From NCBI GenBank assembly GCA_025362495.1, contig JANYGI010000126.1:1-32000 (forward strand): a stretch of 32,000 bases of DNA. The letters are read 5' to 3'. Under the pieces are notes generated by a model. It searched no databases and was not told the origin of the DNA. It saw only the letters and a program-made list of their open reading frames with translations. The DNA comes from Byssovorax sp. (GTDB lineage Bacteria > Myxococcota_A > Polyangia > Polyangiales > Polyangiaceae). The translations under genes and the position numbers were made by a program. Positions 8,399 through 15,573 of this stretch are shown here, one piece after another (position 1 is the stretch's first letter; each line of letters begins with the position of its first letter).

Positions 8399-8770
8399 AT
8401 GCGACCCCTCGTTATCGGATTGGCTACATTCTCCGTGGCTTGCCTCCTTCTCGTCGCATGCAGTCAGGATTCTACGAGCGCCTCGACCGGCACCAGCGGC
8501 ACGGGCGGCGCGCCAAACTGCGATGGCATCGTCATCGTCAATGGCGACGACGCCGGGAACTCTTGCGACGTTTGTCTTCATAAAGAGTGCTGTGCCGAGG
8601 TCGCCGCCTGCGCCGACAAGTACTGCAAGGATTGCGTCAACTTCCTCTCGCCGGGCTGTACCGACAACTCACACGTCAACGCTCTGAATGAGTGCGTGGG
8701 TAGCCGCTGCGATTCTACGTGCAATCCCAAGTGGACTCCTTCTAGCAGCAGCACCACGAGCGGCTCATAA
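8399..8770 (+). CDS. small Cys-rich lipoprotein
   Basis: ATG at 8399 preceded by GAGGAA. MRPLVIGLATFSVACLLLVA|C lipobox, an S/T/G linker, then a Cys-rich domain (CDVCLHKECCAEVAACADKYCKDC). Confidence 0.75.
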   Translation: MRPLVIGLATFSVACLLLVACSQDSTSASTGTSGTGGAPNCDGIVIVNGDDAGNSCDVCLHKECCAEVAACADKYCKDCVNFLSPGCTDNSHVNALNECVGSRCDSTCNPKWTPSSSSTTSGS

Positions 8771-8794
8771 GGCTTCGCCAACCGGGCCCTTCGC

Positions 8795-9238
8795 TCATTG
8801 TGGCATCCAATTACCAGAAGGCCACACGAGGATATCGTCGAGCGTTTCTCCCGGATCCAGATCAGGCTTGTAGCTCCAATCGTGAATCTCAAAGGGCTGA
8901 GATGCGAGGAGCAGAGCGCGAGCCGTGTCGATAATTTCCGGGGTCAGATTGTTAGGGTCCCAAGCTGCTAGTAACGAGCGCATTCGCTCCGCGAGCTCTG
9001 AAACTTGGGACTCGTCGGCCGCGTGTGAAACGTAGCCTTGCTCCTTGGCTAGCTCGCGGCGCGACCGAGCGTAGGGCATGTAAGCATCACACAACCAGAG
9101 CAGGTGCTCACGGGAAGGCTGGCGCGCGAGCATGTGGAACAGATCGGGACTGGCGAGCACCAGCAGCCAATGGCTGAAAGGAATTGCATTGCCAATCTCG
9201 GAGAGACGCGGGTTCGTGGTGTCGTAAATCGTGGGCAC
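8795..9238 (-). CDS. hypothetical cytoplasmic protein (147 aa)
   Basis: GTG start at 9238, 8 nt after the stop of the upstream gene, with GGAGAG spanning the gap. AT-richer patch, no signal peptide, no recognised domain. Confidence 0.6.
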   Translation of the reverse strand: MPTIYDTTNPRLSEIGNAIPFSHWLLVLASPDLFHMLARQPSREHLLWLCDAYMPYARSRRELAKEQGYVSHAADESQVSELAERMRSLLAAWDPNNLTPEIIDTARALLLASQPFEIHDWSYKPDLDPGETLDDILVWPSGNWMPQ

Positions 9239-9246
9239 ATGCTCTC

Positions 9247-9921
9247 CTAATTAGCAAAACAATAGGGCTTACCCAAGAGCGGGAATTTGGTTTGCAAGAT
9301 GAATGCTCCTCCCGTCACGTCCGAGCCCTTCATACATCCATAAGCACACCAGCCCTTGATTACGAGATTTTGGAGATATTCGGGGCAATAGGGGCAACTG
9401 CCCTTCCCGCATTGCGTCACGAAGCACCTGCCGGGGATATCGGGGCACGTCGTCGTGAACGGGCAGTTGTTCGGAGGCTCTATGCACTCATTCTTGGGAT
9501 AGATTCCTTGTGAAAGGGTAGACACATCGACCGACTGAGCCCACGCGAGCGCCGCGTTGATGGCATCCGGTGCCGCAGAGTCAACGAGCTGCGAAGTGGT
9601 AGCTTCATCAAGAGTAGAGGGGTCCGCCATTTGAATCCCGACCAGATTATTCGCAGTCACTGCGGCAAAGGCGGCCGTATCCGTCACCCGTGTTACCTCG
9701 ATCGGGTCTGCATGTTGTAGCGCGTCGAGGTCCGCGAGTTCTTCCGGCGTCAACGTCGAGGTTGCCCCTCCTGCTCCGGTTCCTGCTCCTCCTGCTCCGC
9801 TGGTGGGATCTGCTGTCGTCTGTCCGCTCGTTTCCCCTCTCTGGAAATGGATCTCGCAGGCGGGCGCAATCAGCATTCCGAGAGCCGCACACAGAACGGC
9901 GGCACTTGATGACTTCTTCAT
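9247..9921 (-). CDS. secreted/lipoprotein with Cys-rich C-terminal domain
   Basis: AAGGGGAG RBS before the ATG at 9921. MKKSSSAAVLCAALGMLIAPA|C signal, a G/A/T-rich linker, and a C-terminal ~80 aa with about 12 Cys (CIEPPNNCPFTTTCPDIPGRCFVTQCGKGSCPYCPEY...). Confidence 0.75.
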   Translation of the reverse strand: MKKSSSAAVLCAALGMLIAPACEIHFQRGETSGQTTADPTSGAGGAGTGAGGATSTLTPEELADLDALQHADPIEVTRVTDTAAFAAVTANNLVGIQMADPSTLDEATTSQLVDSAAPDAINAALAWAQSVDVSTLSQGIYPKNECIEPPNNCPFTTTCPDIPGRCFVTQCGKGSCPYCPEYLQNLVIKGWCAYGCMKGSDVTGGAFILQTKFPLLGKPYCFAN

Positions 9922-9979
9922 GATTTCTCCCCTTTTTCTATCTACGCTGAAAATGTATAATCAGTAAACAGCTCGCCGA

Positions 9980-10981
9980 TCACAAAACGAAAGAGAGCCC
10001 GGTACCGATGCCTCCCGAAACAGGAGGAGCCGTCCATCCCGGGCCTTCGTCGATCGGAATTGTCACTCTCGTCAAAGTCCTGAGTAGCTCGCCGAAAAAA
10101 TGGAATCGGAGGTGAGGCGCGAAAGGCACCTCGACACCGAGGCGGCCCCCGGTCGCGGCATAGAGCTTGGCCCCCTCGTGCCCGGGGTTGGCGATGCCTT
10201 CGCCCTCGGTCCAAAGCCGTCCTATCTCGGCCACAAAGCAGCCGTATAGCTTCCATCGGTGAACGCACGGCACCGCGGTGCCCAAGAGTACGGACGTCAT
10301 CAGGCGAACCGCGTCCGGTTGCCCCGTCACCTGTCCAGCCGCCTGCGGATCCCAGCGAACACCCATCGCGAACGAAACCCCATCAATGGGGAGCGCGGTC
10401 AAGGGTATGTTGAATCCGACGTCGCCCAACAAGCCAACTTCGGCTCGCGGCGCGGCGCCGAATACGAGCGTCGGGCCAAGTCGTATCACAAGCGAGATTG
10501 GTTCAGGCGGAGGGGGTGGTTCCGGCGGAGGCATGGAGGGCGGGAGCGGTGGCGGACTGGAAGGCGGGGCCGGAATGACGGGCGAGGGGAAAAACTCAAC
10601 CTCGATATCCGCGCCCATAACCTCCATGAGTGTGCGGCAGTCGTTAGCGCGAACGGTGCTTGCTTTCGACCATCCCGGTGCGCCCGCGTCGTCGTAGAAC
10701 TGGAGCGCGCCGATGAGCTGGGGCCCTTTCCGCGTCACCGTCGCGACCAGCCGCGCGCGCGCGTCGGGCGCGAACGGGTCGAGCCCGGCGCGGCGCGCGA
10801 CTTCGAGACGTAAGCCGCGCTCGTCCGGGCACGCTTCGGTACCCGGGCCGCGCTTGTACTCCAGCCGAGCCGTAACGTGATCCGAACCGGCGCCCGACGC
10901 GAGAGCAGACGCCGAAACGAGGAGAAGCACGATCGCGAGAGCGAGGGCCGTTCGCTGGATCACCGGGCGCGACGGTATCAC
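9980..10981 (-). CDS. secreted protein with Pro-rich linker and beta-rich C-terminal domain (possible outer-membrane protein)
   Basis: GTG start. Signal-like ALALAIVLLLVSASALASG, a PPSSPPPLPPSMPPPEPPPPPEP linker, and a C-terminal half with alternating hydrophobic pattern. The function is inferred only. Confidence 0.6.
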   Translation of the reverse strand: MIPSRPVIQRTALALAIVLLLVSASALASGAGSDHVTARLEYKRGPGTEACPDERGLRLEVARRAGLDPFAPDARARLVATVTRKGPQLIGALQFYDDAGAPGWSKASTVRANDCRTLMEVMGADIEVEFFPSPVIPAPPSSPPPLPPSMPPPEPPPPPEPISLVIRLGPTLVFGAAPRAEVGLLGDVGFNIPLTALPIDGVSFAMGVRWDPQAAGQVTGQPDAVRLMTSVLLGTAVPCVHRWKLYGCFVAEIGRLWTEGEGIANPGHEGAKLYAATGGRLGVEVPFAPHLRFHFFGELLRTLTRVTIPIDEGPGWTAPPVSGGIGTGLSFVL

Positions 10982-11028
10982 GACAGGATCCCGCGCGAGA
11001 ACGCCGCGCCTTGCGATTCCGCAAGATC

Positions 11029-11058
11029 GAGCGTGCGATTCCGTGGAATCGCACGCTC
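11029..11058. repeat. perfect 14-bp-stem hairpin
   Basis: GAGCGTGCGATTCC-gt-GGAATCGCACGCTC. A smaller hairpin CTTGCG-attc-CGCAAG precedes it. It lies just upstream (on the - strand) of the gene starting at 10981. Confidence 0.8.
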
Positions 11059-11077
11059 GCGGGCGCGGAAACGCCGT

Positions 11078-11135
11078 CCGGGGCGTCGTCGCTCGCCGCG
11101 ACGAGACGCAGCTCGGGCGCGTCGTCGTGTGCGTG
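11078..11135 (+). repeat. array C (short) of the dispersed GC-rich repeat
   Basis: GGGGCGTCGTCGCTCGCCGCGACGAGACGCAGCTCGGGCGCGTCGTCGT, about 1.5 units of the same family. Confidence 0.7.
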
Positions 11136-11274
11136 CACCGCGCGCGCCGGGACCATTCGTGACGTGACGAATGGTGCCGCTCAACCTTGCGCCGTCGCGC
11201 GAGCTGCGCGCGGGAGCACCGATCTCACGCCTCGCGAGAAGGCAAGCACGGACAGCGATTGGGCCGTCTCACGC

Positions 11275-11316
11275 CTCACGGGCGCCGTTCTCACGCGTGA
11301 GAGCGGCGCCCGTGAG
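11275..11316. repeat. 42-bp near-perfect palindrome
   Basis: CTCACGGGCGCCGTTCTCACG|CGTGAGAGCGGCGCCCGTGAG with one mismatch. Extra CTCACG/CGTGAG copies flank it (about 11224, 11268, 11319). Confidence 0.8.
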
Positions 11317-11541
11317 AGCGTGAGCCCGACGACGGGCGGCCACGGCGCGAAGATTGACGGGGCCGCGCGTGCTCGCGGCCCCTCGGGCGGAGGCGCGGCG
11401 CGTGTCGCGGGGGTCGTCCCCAATTCGAGATGACGCCCCGCGGTTACGGTCGGACAGTCGCCAGGCGATCGAGCTTGCGCATTCCGGGGAGGTGTAAACC
11501 AGACTGGACTACACCTCGCCGGCATGCGCGCGGCCCCCAAA

Positions 11542-11567
11542 TACCGAAGCGGTGCGCCGCTTCGGTA
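11542..11567. repeat. perfect 11-bp-stem hairpin
   Basis: TACCGAAGCGG-tgcg-CCGCTTCGGTA in a non-coding tract. Confidence 0.8.
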
Positions 11568-11724
11568 GCATGTCTCGCGCGTGGAAAATATGCGATGAAA
11601 CGGCTGATATTCGGCCGTTCGGGGCGCGTCGCGGGGAGAAGTATTCTAGCTCGGGATACTTGGGCGCCAACGCGGCGGATCCGACGCCGCCGGGGGCGCT
11701 CGCCCTCGAACCAGACGCACGGGC

Positions 11725-11756
11725 GAAAAGACGTACCGCGCCCGGTACGTCTTTTC
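11725..11756. terminator. perfect 14-bp-stem hairpin with A/T runs in both arms (possible bidirectional terminator)
   Basis: GAAAAGACGTACCG-cgcc-CGGTACGTCTTTTC. The stem can extend by 2 more bp. No adjacent CDS is convincingly terminated, so its role is uncertain. Confidence 0.4.
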
Positions 11757-11883
11757 GCAGTTGGGAGGTCCGCGACCATCGAAGGACGATCGAAAAATCG
11801 GGAATCTGACAGTTTCCTGACTCGAAAACGGCGCGGTTTCGCTTCGCCCTCGACGACGGTTTCGCGTGGGTGCGCTTCGAACT

Positions 11884-12225
11884 TGGCTCCGAGCTGCTCC
11901 TCGGCTCGCGCGTGCGACGACGCGCCCGAGCTGAGGCAAGCTCGCGGCGAACGACGACGCGGCCCCGAGCTGCTCCTCGGCTCGCGGCGAGCGACGCCCG
12001 AAAAACTGCGCCAGGCGCGCGGTGAGCGACGTGGCCCCGAGCTGCTCCTCCGTTTGCGCGAGCGATGACGCTCTCGAGCTGCGGCCAGCTCGCGGCGAGC
12101 GTCGACGCCCCGAGCTACTCCTCGGCTCGCGGCGAGTTGGCCGCGTGCCGGGCTCCATTATTTTCGTGAAAAATGCGCCCCCGAGCTGCGGCAGGCTCGC
12201 GGCGGGCGACACGACGCGCCTTCCG
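11884..12225 (-). repeat. array D of the dispersed GC-rich repeat (inverted orientation)
   Basis: Units such as GGCCCCGAGCTGCTCCTCGGCTCGCGGCGAGCGACG are the exact reverse complement of the array A/B consensus. There are about 8 units. It lies immediately left of the cassette patch. Confidence 0.85.
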
Positions 12226-12433
12226 AACGGTGATTCAGGCAGACCTACCCGAAAACTTTGTAGAGGCGAGGAGCGGAGGAGCGATGCGGCGTCGCCTGGA
12301 GATTTCGGCGAAGTTTGTGCTTGCGGATCTGCGGCGATTGCCGGAGCATCCGGTGGGCTTGGGTCGGATACCTGGTCTGAATCGAGATCGGCAAATCTGT
12401 CGTTGGGCAGATACCGATCGTAGGGTGAATTCG

Positions 12434-13318
12434 ATGACATTCGAGAATTTTGACTTTTCGCTACTAGACGACCCCGAATTCAAGGAGGACTCGGTACGCG
12501 AGGAGATCATCGTGCCCATCCTCCGGCGGCTCGGCTACGCTGCATCTGGGCCAGCACGAATTGTTCGCAGCAAAGCCCTGATCCATCCGCTCGTCTACAT
12601 TGGCTCGAGACCCCATCCGGTTAACGTCGTCCCAGATTATCTTCTGATCGTCGGTGATGCACACAAGTGGATCTTGGATGCCAAGTCTCCCAAGGAATCC
12701 ATTTTATCGGGCAAGAATCCGGAGCAGGCCTTTAGCTATGCGATTCATCCCGAGGTTAGGGCATTTCGATATGCCCTCTGCAATGGGCGGCAACTTGCCG
12801 TCTTCGATGTTCAGAAGATCAACCCGCTGTTGGTGCTCGACGTGCAGCAGTTCGACGAAAAAATCGCCGCCGTAGAGCGCCTCCTGAGCCCGCTTGCATT
12901 CACGAAGCCGCACATTTTTGACTTCAAGCCAGATCTCGGGCTCTATCTTTTGAAAGCCGGGGCGCGCGTCGATTCCAGGATGCACTTTGTGGGCGTAGGT
13001 ATTCCTATGGTCGCCAAGGTTGAGGATGGTCGATACACTACTTTCATGACCGTAGGCGGCGAAGGCGACTTTTACGGCGTTTCCTTCGACTTTGATGACG
13101 ACAAGCTCCACCAACTGCTTGCCGCACTTGACGAGCAAAATCGGCTTAAGGCCTCTGAAGGATTGAAGCGTCAACCCTACAAGGTCTTCTTCGATATTCC
13201 CTCCGAGGTGTGCATCGAAGCTACGTTCGGCCAAGTTGTGCACGAGAATGAAGACGAAAGCTACTGTCCATTTGAAGCCGTTACATTCTCAAGGATCGAC
13301 GACAAGAGCACACCGTGA
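12434..13318 (+). CDS. PD-(D/E)xK nuclease, type I restriction HsdR N-terminal-like domain protein
   Basis: ATG at 12434, 26 nt after GTTGGGC. Motifs in order: EDSVREEIIVPILRRLGY, VPDYLL, WILDAKSP (D...D-x-K) and EQAFSYA (QxxxY), as in HSDR_N-type nucleases. The C-terminal ~150 aa were not recognised. Confidence 0.75.
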   Translation: MTFENFDFSLLDDPEFKEDSVREEIIVPILRRLGYAASGPARIVRSKALIHPLVYIGSRPHPVNVVPDYLLIVGDAHKWILDAKSPKESILSGKNPEQAFSYAIHPEVRAFRYALCNGRQLAVFDVQKINPLLVLDVQQFDEKIAAVERLLSPLAFTKPHIFDFKPDLGLYLLKAGARVDSRMHFVGVGIPMVAKVEDGRYTTFMTVGGEGDFYGVSFDFDDDKLHQLLAALDEQNRLKASEGLKRQPYKVFFDIPSEVCIEATFGQVVHENEDESYCPFEAVTFSRIDDKSTP

Positions 13319-13333
13319 AGCCAACGCAGGAAC

Positions 13334-13421
13334 TGCCCAACAAGCCGTTGCTGCCGACGGGGCGTCGAGCCTCGCTACGCTCGGCGCGGCGCCCCGCGGC
13401 AGAACGGTCGATCGTTGGGCA
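13334..13421 (+). other. attC-like recombination site 1
   Basis: It starts TGCCCAAC (RYYYAAC = GCCCAAC, 13335-13341), 16 nt after the stop. It ends GTTGGGCA (GTTRRRY, 13414-13420). The arms form an imperfect dyad: CTGCCCAAC..CGTTGCTGCCG.CGGGGCG versus the reverse complement CTGCCCAAC..CGTTCTGCCGCGGGGCG, with unpaired bases. Central hairpin GCGTCGAGC...GCTCGGCGC. Confidence 0.6.
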
Positions 13422-13457
13422 GGCGGGCCTCAACGAATTCGCGAGAAGGTGACAAAC

Positions 13458-14252
13458 ATGACTCGGCTTGAAAAGACTATCTCTGATGTGATCCCCAGGC
13501 GACTCAGAGCCTACGGCTGGGGTAAGCATCTTGAGGGATCGAAGTATGCGATCTACGACGTGCGCGGCCTGCATCTCGCGGCTGGGAACCTGCGATACAT
13601 TCTCAAGGACGAATCTGCGCGCTTATACTACCGAGGCCAGGCCGAGAGTTACCCCACCGGCATCGTTCCAAGTCTATACCGGGGCGCGCAGACGCTCGAA
13701 GAACGCATAGAACGCGACGAAAAAGTCGAGCGTGCAATCCGAACGATTAAGAGCAAAGCTAACTGGGACCCAAAGGGAACCGCAGGCCAAAGCGAGGCGC
13801 TCGCGCAGCACTACGGCATGCGAACGCGCTGGCTCGACGTTGTCGACCATCTACAGAGCGCAGCGTGGTTCGCGTATGACAGCGACAAGGCGCACGCCGA
13901 TGACGGCGTCGGGTACATCTATCTGATCGCGATATCGCGGGAGACTGCGCACGAGGTGGTCGACCTTCGTGAGCGTGGTTCAAACTGGATTCGCCCTCAC
14001 ATTCAACAAGGCTTCGGTATCGCGACTACAGCTCTTGCGCCGAACGTGAACGACTGTGTTGTTGCAACATTCGTGGTGCCACGAGTGCTCCTTCGCGCCG
14101 CTTCGGGATATGATTTCTACACGAGAGACACGTTTTTTCCACCTTCAGGGCAAGACCAGGGTAGGCACTACTGGATTCAGGCTGCCGACGCGCTTAGGTC
14201 TGAAGTATCAGAGGCAGACTTCAAGCTTCTTATCTGGAGCGACGGGCGGTGA
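13458..14252 (+). CDS. FRG domain-containing protein
   Basis: ATG at 13458 with GAGAAGGTGA upstream, 38 nt after the attC-1 core. LYYRGQAESYPTGIVPSLYRG and ALAQHYGMRTRWLDVVDHLQSAAWFA match the FRG-domain signature as I remember it ([FY]RGQ ... QHYG.pTR.LDw). Confidence 0.7.
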   Translation: MTRLEKTISDVIPRRLRAYGWGKHLEGSKYAIYDVRGLHLAAGNLRYILKDESARLYYRGQAESYPTGIVPSLYRGAQTLEERIERDEKVERAIRTIKSKANWDPKGTAGQSEALAQHYGMRTRWLDVVDHLQSAAWFAYDSDKAHADDGVGYIYLIAISRETAHEVVDLRERGSNWIRPHIQQGFGIATTALAPNVNDCVVATFVVPRVLLRAASGYDFYTRDTFFPPSGQDQGRHYWIQAADALRSEVSEADFKLLIWSDGR

Positions 14253-14284
14253 AACGTCATCGGCAGATCCGGATACCGCAACGC

Positions 14285-14372
14285 TGCCCAACAAGCCGCT
14301 GCATCGGACAGCGCGCCGAGCCTCGGAGCACTCGGCGCGTCCCTCCATGGGTAAGCGGCGCAGCGTTGGGTC
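14285..14372 (+). other. attC-like recombination site 2
   Basis: GCCCAAC at 14286-14292 (33 nt after the stop) ... GTTGGGT at 14365-14371. It has the same 88-nt length as site 1. It aligns to site 1 without gaps, with about two-thirds of positions identical by eye; the first 15 nt, CTGCCCAACAAGCCG, are identical. Central hairpin GCGCCGAG...CTCGGCGC. Arm symmetry is weaker than in site 1. Confidence 0.55.
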
Positions 14373-14536
14373 GACGGTCCCGGGTGGCAGTCCACGCTGA
14401 CGGTCCCGTGCACACAGTATCGGAGGCTGCCCGCGCTTCTGCAAGACAACTTGTGTACATGCGTCATATAACCAGGTCGTCCAACGATGCGACGCTAACT
14501 GCTTTTACCCCTCGCAATTGACTGACGGAGCAGTAG

Positions 14537-15088
14537 ATGCAAGCGACTAACATCGACGTTCGTCAGCCTGGCTCGGAGCCTGCTCCGACAACGGCGGACC
14601 AATTGACTGCCGAGCGCACGCAAGCGGTGACACCGAGTGGGCTCGCAGTAGGTTCGCCTAGTCTACCAGTATTCGCGCCCCGTCCGCCCCAGGAAGAACT
14701 CTATTGGAGGCAGTATGCGCTATTTGCGGATCTCCTAAAGAACTATATTGATTTGGTGATCAAGTTTAATACGTACTACTACACCGCCATCGCAGGGATC
14801 GTTGGGTTATTCGTAGCGATCAGTCCAGAAAAACGATTGTTGGCACGTTATTTTCTGCCGGTTCCCATACTCCTTAGTTTCATGTTTGCGGTGGTGTCTT
14901 TTTATGCATCGAAATCCACGAGAGCACTGCGATACGAAAATGAGAGGATAGGTCGCGCGCTCAGTCTCTCGGTAGTCCCGGACGTGTCCGTGTTGGCGTT
15001 CATGCTTTTGATATCTGGTGTTCTATTTGCATCCGTTGCTGTGGCGATTGTTGTTGGACTGGTGCTTTCACTGACCGCGAGGATCTAA
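14537..15088 (+). CDS. small integral membrane protein (183 aa, 3-4 TM)
   Basis: About 55-aa soluble N-terminus, then hydrophobic helices YYYTAIAGIVGLFVAI, YFLPVPILLSFMFAVVSFYA and VSVLAFMLLISGVLFASVAVAIVVGLVLSL. AT-richer codon usage. Confidence 0.7.
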   Translation: MQATNIDVRQPGSEPAPTTADQLTAERTQAVTPSGLAVGSPSLPVFAPRPPQEELYWRQYALFADLLKNYIDLVIKFNTYYYTAIAGIVGLFVAISPEKRLLARYFLPVPILLSFMFAVVSFYASKSTRALRYENERIGRALSLSVVPDVSVLAFMLLISGVLFASVAVAIVVGLVLSLTARI

Positions 15089-15546
15089 TGGGCCTTTTTC
15101 TGCCTCCTGTTTCGCTCGATCCAGAGTTCGTCGACAAACTGGCCGAGCATTCTGCGCGCACGACCATTGACCGCCTGCAGAGTCAAATCGACGGCGCGCT
15201 CAGCACCCAACTGCGCATGGCGCGCCGCATGGCGTTCGTACAAATAGTGTTGGGTAGCGGGGTGGCAATCGCGCTAGCTCTCGGCGGAATGCTTTTTGAT
15301 CGATTTCAACTTCCACGCGCCGGTGAGTTCCTGCGAACCGCAGGCGCTTTCCTTTTGGCGAGCTCAATCGCAGGAGGCATCACTGTATGGGCAATGGCGA
15401 TCTCTGCAAAACTTCAGGATCTTGTCAGTCGTGACGGCACTGCTGACCAAACGCGCGCGCCCTTGAGGGCTACATTTGACGGCGGTGCCGAGTCTCCCGC
15501 CAGCGCCGCCCAACCTGGCAAAGCAGCCGACGAATCCCAGGGCTAG
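15088..15546 (+). CDS. small membrane protein (152 aa, 2 TM)
   Basis: The start overlaps the upstream stop (TAATG at 15086-15090). Helices MAFVQIVLGSGVAIALALGGMLF and AGAFLLASSIAGGITVWAMAI. Confidence 0.7.
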   Translation: MGLFLPPVSLDPEFVDKLAEHSARTTIDRLQSQIDGALSTQLRMARRMAFVQIVLGSGVAIALALGGMLFDRFQLPRAGEFLRTAGAFLLASSIAGGITVWAMAISAKLQDLVSRDGTADQTRAPLRATFDGGAESPASAAQPGKAADESQG

Positions 15547-15573
15547 GCTGCGCCCAGCCCTGGGATTCGCAGC
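15547..15573 (+). terminator. stem-loop immediately after the stop codon (weak terminator candidate)
   Basis: GCTGCG-CCCA-gccc-TGGG-att-CGCAGC, followed by TGATTG. There is no clean T-tract. Confidence 0.3.

Noticed and set aside
12316-12410. Complete third attC upstream of cassette 1
   Set aside because: Only the core GTTGGGC (12402-12408) is clear. The putative left arm (CTGCGGCGATTGCCG) lacks RYYYAAC. I kept it only as a core-only remnant within the array finding.
11430-12440. ORFs of 212 aa (+) and 264 aa (-) spanning repeat array D
   Set aside because: Their reading frames are created by the tandem GC-rich repeats (repeated SPRAEEQLG / PELLLGSRR peptides). They have no start context and the same peptides recur at the other arrays.
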